NCBI RefSeq assembly: GCF_009914755.1
Contig: NC_060935.1
DNA length: 64,000 nt
Origin: the human T2T-CHM13v2.0 reference genome, Homo sapiens
Direction: 5' to 3' (one strand)
Positions 54,166 to 64,000 of this stretch are shown here, piece by piece. Within the stretch, counting starts at the first letter, position 1. Each line of letters opens with the position of its first letter. Both the position numbers and the translations under genes were made by a program. A model generated the notes under the pieces. It ran no database searches. It was not told the DNA's origin and worked only from the letters and a program-made list of their open reading frames with translations.

Positions 54166-57115
54166 AATTTGAAAAGCTCTAGGAACAAAGTGTCGTGTGA
54201 ACCCAGGAGCAATCATGAATCATTTTCCTGAGTGATTGGGGGAAGCAGTGTTTAACCTGGGCCTTGAAGGGTGAGAGGAGCTTTTAAAGAGAGAAAATGA
54301 AGGAGGTAGTCAAGGCCAAGAGAGCAGTAAGTGTAAAGCCTCAGAAATACAGAAGGCCACGGAATGCATACTGAATGGGGAGGCTCCAGTAGAGAAGATG
54401 AGGCATGAAGGGTATAGAGAAGGTGAGTCTAGGGAGGCAGGTTGGAGACAGAAGCAAATGTTTTACATGACTCAACCCTATGGTGGGGACACGCCATTAC
54501 CATCTGCCAAGCAGATACATACTGATTTAGCATCATCCCCAATCTGTCATCACTCCTTTCTTGGGAGGACTTTAAGAACACAATCTATATGTGTTAAGGC
54601 TGGAATGGACCTTTAGGGCTTTAAGGCTTTAGAATTGCATAACCTTGAATTCAAACCCTGGCTCTGCTATTGAGTGTGGCATTTGGGGCAAGATACATCT
54701 CCCCTCTGAAACTTAGTGTCTTGATCTGTACAATGAAAGTGACAGAACCTCACAGAACTAAAATGGTGACTATGAGTTGGCCCATAGAATGCCTTGTACA
54801 CAGGACACACTTCATAAACACTGACACTACCCCTTCTACTCTTCATTTTATCCCCTCTCCGTCTTTCAGCAGGAACACATTTGGCCCAAGAATGTTGGTA
54901 ACAGGACTTGCATTATTGCAGTCTTTTCACGAAGAGAATTTCACAACTTAGTATCTAGATTCTGTTTGAAGATTCTTTCAAATAGAATATTCTACCTAAA
55001 CTCCTTCCTTGTGCTGCCCCAATGATGCAGGAAAGAGTTCCACAGAGCAGGCCAGTGTCTACTGTTCTGAAAATCTCTGCGGCATCCCCGTATGTGTTGT
55101 TACAGTTTTAACCTACGAACCTTCCTGGGGATTTGAAGAAACAATGAACCCAGAAGAATATTATTGTCAGTACACTGTTCCAGGACTCTAGATAGCTGCT
55201 CAGAGTACAGCGAAATTGCAATTGATTACATTCTATACTTTGATCTTGATCCATCAGGATGTCTTCCAACCTAATCTGCTCTGAAACAACAAGCAGCACA
55301 TGATTTTTCAGTACGGGTCACAATGAGATATTTTAATCACCCTCTTCATCACTGAATCACTCTTCCTGGTTAGGGGACCTAAACTTTAGTATCATAAATG
55401 TGAAAAATTTAAACACCTTTGAAATTATTTAGTCCAGCATTTCCCAAGGGACTCAGGGGGCATGTACAGAAGCAGAATGGACACTGGTGGCATTTTCTGT
55501 ACAAAAGAAGCAATGGCACTTCACTGCCTGGACTGATTCTAACAGATAAAGGCCCATTTTACGTCATTGCATCTGGAGACCCATAGGTGAAATGAGTCTA
55601 AAGAGTTGATATTGTATCCTTCTAATTAACCTTGTTCATTATAAAAATACCTTCTTACTTCTATAAGTAAGCATTATTATAATACTACAATAATAAGTAG
55701 GCTCATATGTAATTCTTGGATATATCTAAAGTTGATTTACTATTTGAAGATGTAGCACTCATTATATTCATTAATATAATTCAGAGCTCGCTCCACGTTA
55801 GGCATTGAGGTAAAGGGAGGAAATCTCTGAATATTGAAGAGAAGGTAGGTAGTGGGTTCTTATCAGTGGAGGTATACACATATGAAATATATCTGATGTG
55901 TTTAAAACATAGTAAATGCCACTTGGCATTATTATTAATTTACTTAACCCTCATAATAACTTCATGAATTGAGCGGGTATTATCATCACCCCCATTTAGG
56001 AAAAATAATATAGAAGCGTCACAGGCAATTCAAGAGACTTGCCTACAATTACTTAGCTAGTAAGTAGCAATGCTAGAATTTGCATGTAGGAAAGCTGGCT
56101 CCAGCGTCCACTTTCGTAATCAGTATAACGCAACACCACCACTGCAGAGTAATTTGTATGGCTTCCATATATACAGTTTACAACTTTGGTAATATTTCTT
56201 CATTTTTAATTACTCCCTTCCCCAAACCATAATAGCAACAAGTCTAGCATCTCCCTCTTGGAAAATCTTTCTTCTTTCCAGAAACAATTTAAATCCCTGG
56301 AAGAGAAGACTCTCTTTCTTCCAAACATAAACAGGATATAGGAACCATCACTGCTTCTCATAGCCATACGGAATTGCTACTTAACATGCACCTGAGGTGG
56401 AAAAATATAGTTTGTCACCTCTATTCTGTTTCTGGCTGTCACCAAGTCTCTGCACAGGCCACCACAGCATTTTTTTAATAGAGAGTGAGGAGCCTCCTTC
56501 AGTGACAAGCTTAGCCAAAGGTGTACTATTTTAGACCACCCAGGGCTCTAGGGCTGTGCTCTTATAATCTCTCATGCCTTTGCCTTAAGGAATCATCAAC
56601 TTTAACCTGTCCTTCTCTAGAATTAACTAATTCAAGGGGCCTTATTCCCCTGGGCTTTGGCCAAGAAACCAGAGAGAGCCCTCAATGGAAGATATAATTT
56701 GCATAGCCAAACTTGGTTGCCGCACTGTCTCAGATAGTGTGAGCAACTTTCACATTAAGACTGATGCTGGACTTTTATAAAGATTTATCCCAACCCATAA
56801 ACTCAATTATTTCTTCTGGTGATAAATAAAATAGTGATCTCATCAATGCTCCAGGATCCCCTGACTGTGTTGGTCATACCTAGAGAAGCAGTACACGTAG
56901 TAGGTGGGTCTCCAGCAGGAAACTTTCACAGAGATGGTTTTCAGGGATAATTTTGATCAATCAACTGGAAACATTAACTTGGAGTTACAAGAAAATCCTC
57001 TGCAATGAGGTCTGTGCTGATTCCCAGACTGAGCACAGGACAAGATAAGAAAAGGAACGGATCTGTGGATAAGCATGTCTCTTCAAAGCCTCTGACAGGT
57101 ATCTCTGATTTACAG

Positions 57116-57226
57116 GATGTCTTCAGGGCCATGCATCCAGAGCTTGACATTGTGCAGTTGTACCTGAAGCCACTGCTCATTGGAGAACTTGCCCCAGGAG
57201 AGCCCAGCCAGGAAAGACACAAAAAT
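57116..57226 (+). pseudogene. FADS2B: Coding exon 2 (111 bp)
   Basis: TTTACAG|...|[43 protein letters not shown] vs FADS2 [37 protein letters not shown]. Confidence 0.95.
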
Positions 57227-59948
57227 GTGAGTGAGATGTCAGGATCCAGGGGTGTAGAAGGATGGAGACGAGGCATATTTTAAAGCCAATTAACTGTTTT
57301 CTGTGAAGGGTGGGACCACAGTAGAGTCAATGGATGGAGTCCACGTATTTCAAAACAATGCCTTTTTCTTTAGATCATGGGAACTCTTAAATCTTAGTGA
57401 AGAAAAAGAATAAAATTCTTATCCCTTCATCAAACAGTAATTTCATGTCTCTAAGCACCTACCTCATGCCAGGGAACTTACGGATATAATTTCCTTTTCA
57501 TTGACTGCTTTTAATTATGTTTTATATCTATGTCTATGTTCCCAGCCCAAATATGTTGCATGAGAGGCGAGACTATGTCCACTTTTCTTATCCCTGTGTC
57601 CTGAAGACCTCCTTTCACAGGATCAACATGTAGTAGGAACTCCAAAAACAGCTACTGATTGAAAGATGTCACCGTATCCTAACTACAGCCTTTTTACATT
57701 TGGGGAAATTATCATTCAGGGAAAACAAATTACTCTCTAAAAGTCTGACAGCTGGTGTATCAAAGAGCTGAGACTCCAAATCACTTCTCTCTGGCTCCAA
57801 TCCCTTAGGTATTCCCAAGGAAAAATGCCATTCTTTCTTTAATATTTTGGCTACATGAATACTGTCTTCTAAAGGACAGAGTCTCCATAGGACTAAAAAT
57901 TCACTGGGATGGTTTTACATAACGCCGAGAGGAATTTTACTTAATATTGAGTAATTTCATTTTTCAAAATTTATTTTTTGTAACAGCTTACATTTGCCTG
58001 ACTCTTGAAATAATTTTTATAACGTGTGGATCCATAGACCCCTGTGAAGCAGAGGGAGCAAGGATTTTATTCTCTCTTAAAAAAATGAAGAAACAGACTC
58101 ACAAAGGGAGCAGGACTAATCTGAGGACACAGAACTGGTTACGGGCAAATCTGAGACTAATAGGTAAGCTCCATCTTTAGGCCCATGTTCATCCCACAGC
58201 ACAGCTCTGTTCCAAAGAGTGGGATGGTAGGATGGACAGCCTGCACTCTCACCCCAACCTTGCCATTCTCAAATTGTGTGAGTCTAGGCCAGTTCCCAAA
58301 CCTCTTTTGGCTCAGTTTCTCCCCCATAAGATACTGAAAACAATGGTACCAACCTTATGAGAGTTATTGGGAAAACAATTGAAAGAAGTAAAGTCATCAT
58401 TTAAAGTGCTTAGAACAATGCCTGGAACACAGTAAATGCTCAATACATTTTACTTATTATCATAATCACGAACTGATGATGGTACTAGTAATTTTAAAAC
58501 TTTCAGATATGTCCCCATCATTTGGGTCAGGTAGCTCTAGGTTAAAAAGTGAAGGTGATGCAAAATTTTATTGTTTTTCCTAAATTTTTCCTGTAAGAAA
58601 AATAAAATCCCACTAACGACTGAGACCTATCAGATAATCATTATCTAAAAGAGTGTTGGTCTCTGGAGATAAAGGTCTACCATAAATTTTCTTTAATACA
58701 TTTATATGGATATTCAAGTTGCTGTATATAGAAAATTAGTATTTGAGCATAAAATTGGATGTCAGGTGTGGGTTTGAGTTCACCACCTGTCACTGACTTG
58801 TTGACAACTTCAAGCCAGTCACTCTTCTGGGTTTTGCTGACCTCCCTCAACTCTGCAATAAATGTTTTGCAAAAGATGACCAGGCTGGAGGCACCCTAGA
58901 GATAGCAAATTAATATTAGATAATTATTAAAATAACCTGTGGCCACAAGAATTCTAAGATTGATGGGGTTTGGGAGATGAGCCTATCCAGAACTTTTGCC
59001 AGGCAATGGGTCCTTTAAAAGTTGTATCTGTGAATTTTGAAATTTTTGGCTTCTGGAATTATTTTCATAGCTCTTTCTTTTTTTTGTTTCTAACATTTCT
59101 CCTTTCTTACATCTGTACAACCCTGTTATAGTTCTCATAACCTGGTCACTTTCCCAGCTGTCCTAGTTTCAAACCCATAATAGTCAATAAGCCAAGAGAT
59201 ATTTCTTTCCAACCTTGTGAGCTCCCCAGTATGATGTGGCAAGCTTGTAAACCAATGCTAATGCTGAACATGAACACTCACACATGCACATACACACAGG
59301 GCCCTTAAACGAGACCTTTCCAACTGAGTACACACACGCTAATAAGCCCTGCCTTGTTTTGGGGGATCCACTAAGCAGCTCTCAGAAAATTCATCCTGAG
59401 AGCTAATCTAAGTGAACTATATTGTTCTACAATCTCCATCTTCCATGAAATAACCCTTTCTACACATTAAGCAACTGATGGCCTGGAAAGCACTTTGTAA
59501 ACTATACCAGTAACTGGTAACACAGATCCATATAGATGACCAAGTTCCCCCAAACAAAACCAGAGCTCACTCAACACCTGAAATAATTCTGGTGGTTTAC
59601 AAGGCAACAGTTAGGCACATGTATCTCTCCACTGCCCTCTCCTCTCCTTCCCCCTCCCCTGAAAAAAATCTAATTCTGAATTCCATAACAGCTTTAGGAC
59701 AGTTTACAAGTCATTATTCATCTTTCACTTCTGCAGAAAACAACAAAAAAATTTCATAAACTTTTTAAAGGTTTTATTTGCTGGTTCATTGTTTTGGGGT
59801 TTTAATTCTGGACAATTAAATGTATTAATAAAATTCTATTAATAAAAGAGATGTATACAAAATTAATAAAATAAATTATTAATTATGTTCATCTGTATTC
59901 CCTTTCCCCTGAAAGAGCTAATTTACTCTTTGAATATTTATTTCATAG

Positions 59949-60146
59949 TCCCAGTTGGTAAAAGATTTCCAAGAATTGTGGAGCATCGCAGAGGCTATGA
60001 ACATGTTCCATGCCAACCTGGGGTTCTTCTTTCTTCACTTTGTGCAGATCTTAATTTTGGAAGTGCTGGCGTGGCTAATAGTGTATCATTTTGGCAGTGG
60101 CTGGCCTGTTACTATGTTCATTTCCTTTCTTCTCACAATTTCTCAG
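59949..60146 (+). pseudogene. FADS2B: Coding exon 3 (198 bp), first membrane-spanning region
   Basis: TTTCATAG| SQLVKDFQELWSIAEAMNMFHANLGFFFLHFVQILILEVLAWLIVYHFGSGWPVTMFISFLLTISQ |GCAAGC. Same 66 codons as the corresponding FADS2 segment. Donor is GC, not GT. Confidence 0.92.
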
Positions 60147-61484
60147 GCAAGCAGGTATACTAAGCCCAGGCAGCGTCCTCATAGAAAGGCTCAGAATTTC
60201 TTCTTCTCTCTTTAGATTGGTGTCAGCTGCTGCCTGACACTTCTTGGCAAGGTACTCATCAATGTCAGGCACTTACCAGCAAGTGACCAAGCTTCATTGG
60301 GCTTTGGTTCTCTCCTCTCTAAAGTGAGGATAATAATGAATGTGGAATTATTCTGAGAAGGACTAATCAGGCAAATGTGTAAAATATAAAGCACAGTGTC
60401 TGGCCTATGGTAAATGTTTAATTAGTGACAATTGCTGCTGTTTGCCCTGTTTTATGCCCACCATCTCAGTGATTGAAGTTCTGTCCTTAGCCATGCCACA
60501 CACATATTTATCTTTCATTCTTTAATCAATCAACATTTATCAATGCATCAGACCATGAATTCTTCAAGGGCAGATGTGATATCCTATGTGAGAATCAGAA
60601 CGTGTGAGTTCCTCCATAAATGACAAATAGCAACTGACACTTAGCAGGGCATTTGATAAATCTTTGTTGAATGAAGTATGAATCTCTGAACATAGCCTTC
60701 TATGAGCGTGATACCATGTTGTCGATACAAAGGAAAAGTCAACATGCTCCCTGCTCCTGAGAAAGAAGTCGTGTAGTGGAGGAAATAGTCCTTCACAAAC
60801 AGCTTAACACACTGCCTGGCACAAATCAATGATATTAATCCCAAGAAGAGGAACAAGCATTACTGTCGGAGCAGAAAGGAGCATTTAATTCTCATTAGAA
60901 TCATTGGAAAAGGTTTTGTAGAGAATTAACTGCAATGTGTTTCGAGGTTCCAGAATTCTGGATGCTGATTCTTTTTCTTAAATCCTCTTGTTTAATTTCT
61001 TGAAAAGTGACTTTTGGAAGCAAGAAAGGAAACAAATATTTGTTTAGTGCTTAGCATACGCTGGGCACTTTACATATAGGTATGTAGTACAATAACCCCG
61101 TGAGTTAGGTATTAGTGTCCCCTTCTATCAGATGAAGAACTGAAGGTGAGAGCTATCGAGTAACTTGCCCAGAGTTGTGAAGCTCGTTAGTGGTGAAGAA
61201 CAGTTTAGAATTCAAATCTGTCTGACACCAAAGACCATGGTCTTTGCACTCCATACTGGAAACCTTTGAAAGTGACAAGGAGAGCATTCCAGGCTGATAC
61301 AACAAAGGCATAAATGTTGGAAAGAACAGGCAGGATATGTATGGGAAATAGAAACTAATTTTGGCTGGAGGTCGAACAAGATCACCCACTTTTCCCAAAT
61401 AAGGTTGTGAATCTACTATGGGACTTGTTGATTGATTTCTTGTTAGGGTCCCAATTTCTCTAACAGTAACTTCCTCTCTCCTAG

Positions 61485-61586
61485 GCTCAGAGCTCATTTT
61501 TGCAGCATGACGCGGGGCACCTTTCCATATTTAGGAAGTCCAAGTGGAACCACGTGGTGCATAAATTTGTGATGTGCCATCTCAAG
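61485..61586 (+). pseudogene. FADS2B: Coding exon 4 (102 bp) containing His-box 1 (HDAGH, 61506-61520)
   Basis: CTCTCTCCTAG|...|[40 protein letters not shown] vs FADS2 [34 protein letters not shown]. Not present in the ORF track; read directly from the sequence. Confidence 0.95.
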
Positions 61587-64000
61587 GTATGGGACGTCAG
61601 GGAGCATGAGGGGGATTCCTGAACATGAGTCCCTAAGGAGTGGTTCCCATATTTGTACATTGATATCAGTAAAAAATATTTATGATACCCCACAAATAAA
61701 TATAAGTGTACTAACAAGGTAGATAATATGTACTAATATATAATACAACACTATAAAATATGTGCTGAAATGAGAATTTTAAATTAAATTTTTTGTGAGG
61801 ATTTATTTAGTTCTATTTAAGAAGCTCTTATATTTTGTATTACCCTGGTAGACTCTTTGGCTAAATCCCTGGCACCCCCCTGCCCTAAGGGACCACCTCA
61901 CAGAAGAAAGTGTGTGCCTTGAAAAATGAAGATGTGCATTGTGAAATCATAAGTGGGAATATTCTTAGAAGGGATTTTGGGCAAGGAGGAGGCAGCTATG
62001 AAGAAATAAAGGAAAAGATGCAAAACAGATACTAGTGAACAGAAAGACTAGTCAGGAAAAGCCAGATGGCTCTGTTCAAGAATGCAGGATTGCAAAATCC
62101 AGACTGCTGGAAAAAGCAGGTAGTGATATGACAGCTGGTCTTATCCCCTCTTACTTGGGCTCCAGGAAGCAGGTACACTGTCCTATGCACCACTGCAGTG
62201 CAGCACCTAGGAGAGTGCTTGGTGCATGGCGGCGGGGGGGAGCCTTCAATAAGCTTTTGTTGAAGGAAGGAATGAAAGAAAGAAAGAAAGAAAGAGTGAA
62301 TGAATGAACCAGTTAACAGTGCAGGACTTCCAAGCATGGCTTCCAGGCCTGGCTCTGACAGTGCTCATTGTGAGATCTTTAGTAAATCACATTCTATCCC
62401 TGGTCCTCAGTGTTCCCATCAGTAGTACTAGGAGTTAAACTAGATCTCTACTTTTCTAGAACTTTCTAGGGTTTGGTGACTATGTACTCTGGCCTAGAAG
62501 GGAAGCAAATGTCTCTGAGCCTTCCACTAAACCAAATCCTTGCATTCAAACCGGGATCCCTTAGGAAAAACCTATGGGCACTGACTCAGAGCCTATTAGT
62601 TCTTCCCTAACACAGTGATTTTATACATATATCTCATTCTGGTTATCTGCTTCCCCAGCCCGTAGTGGCTTGGAAGTAGCCAACTAATAAAAGCATGAAG
62701 ACAATGCTGGAGCCAGGCCCACAGAGAGTAGTGAGCAGTAACTACTTACAGCAAACAATAAGGAAACACAGATGGGGACTCACATTGTGTGAGCCTGACA
62801 AGTGCCAGGTTCGGAATTTGCCCCGTTAGGCTATTTTCTCAAGTAATTCTAATGATGTGAGGATATAGCACTCCTAGTTTTCAGTTGAAATTCATGTTCA
62901 GAGGGGTTAAGCATTTAAGCCAATGGACATAAACTGGTCAGTGGAGAATTCATAGCATAGCACTAAATAATGCAGGCACTAGAGCAGAGCTGCTCAATGC
63001 TGGCTATCATTTGAAGCCACCTAAAGAAGTTATTTTTTAAAGTCCCAATGCCTAAGTACCATCTCTAGATATTCTAAATTCATCCCCAGTAGAGTCTAGA
63101 CATCAGTATTTTTGGAAAGTTCCCCAGGTGATTCTAACCTACAAAAATGAACCTGCCTTCTGTGAGAATTCAGGCACTCATGAGCTGAGTCACTTTGAAC
63201 AAATTACTTAATGATTTTGAACCACAGTTTCTTCAACTGTAAAATGATGATAGATGATGGCTTCAACCTGATAAGGATGTTGTTAGGATTATACGCAATA
63301 CTCATGTGTCATGCTCAACAAAGTGTCTGGCATACAGGAAATGCTTAATAATTGTTAATTGTTATTAATACTAGGAACAGTCTTTCCATAATCAAAATGA
63401 AGACTCAGAATCAATAAGAAAAATATTTAATCGTTGAAGTATTAAGAAGATGGAAATAAATCACATCATCACTAAGTTGCAAGGTACCTGGAATCATCTA
63501 CTTTTATCTACCCTCTCTCCCATTGAGCAGTTTGAGCCTTAAGTCAATCAGATAACACAGAGTTGGATTTCGATTCATATTGGAGATGTGTCCCCCAAAA
63601 TAGTTAGAATGAATAATAAGTTGTTATTTCATGTGATAGGTCACATTTGACCAGAAAATTCCTGTGGGCATTCTATTCCACCCTCTCTTCACCAGTGTAA
63701 GATAGATTAGTCTGTTTCTGGATTCACTCAGAGATACTTAGCACAGAATAAAAGCAGAGGCAGTTTCTTCTGCTATTGTGAGTTTCAGGTAATAGACCAT
63801 CCCATTTTTCCTCCTCTGTTCTGAGGAGTCAGAGGAAAGGTAAGACTCATCTGCCCTGGAGGTAGCTGGCAGTTGATTCAGTGCCAGTATGTGAAATATT
63901 TCAGATCAGCCCCACCCATGCTGGCACTTTAAAAAAAAAATCACTGCTTTCCCATTGATCCTGATTTGTACACAGCTATTTCTATGTAAGTTGTGTCTCC

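Larger units (their letters stand above)
47722..61586 (+). pseudogene. FADS2B: FADS2-like front-end fatty acid desaturase, intron-containing pseudogene (exons 1-4 in window; continues beyond 64000)
   Basis: Four exons splice in phase 0 to a protein colinear with FADS2 residues ~20-206. In-frame TGA at 47947-47949. Introns are 9067, 2722 and 1338 bp. Symbol assigned from recall of the FADS2B/FADS2P1 predicted protein. Confidence 0.92.

Noticed and set aside
57005-57283. ORF-track proteins 57005-57283 and 59955-60215 as standalone genes
   Set aside because: Only the central parts (exons 2 and 3) are desaturase-homologous; the flanks are read-through into introns.
61587-64000. Search for exon 5 (GASANWWNHRHFQHH-like, His-box 2)
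   Set aside because: No matching sequence found by eye. It presumably lies beyond the window, so its absence here is not evidence of deletion.

Overview
Eukaryotic, repeat-rich primate DNA. Alu, L1, L2, MIR, LTR12, LTR17 and MER4 elements point to a hominoid, most probably human. The only protein-coding remnant I can support is the 5' part (coding exons 1-4, + strand, 47722-61586) of an intron-containing FADS2-like front-end fatty acid desaturase. I recognise it as FADS2B/FADS2P1, which from memory lies in the chr11q12.1 olfactory receptor cluster. Exon sizes (111, 198 and 102 bp for exons 2-4), phases, the cytochrome b5 HPGG motif, the second haem His and His-box 1 are all retained. The only clear lesion is a TGA at the invariant Trp codon in exon 1, in a leaky TGA-CTG-G context. 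Intron 3 has a GC donor. The gene continues past the window. The upstream 47 kb is non-coding. It holds a solo LTR12(C), a two-LTR non-coding MER4-type provirus with a tRNA-Arg PBS and an embedded LTR8/THE1 chimera, a solo LTR17 (HERV-W), several Alus and L1s with TSDs, a ~350 bp local duplication, and candidate Lhx2/Ebf composite (olfactory enhancer-like) motifs. Almost all ORFs in the supplied track are spurious. Repeat subfamily names were assigned by eye from remembered consensus sequences and need RepeatMasker/Dfam confirmation.
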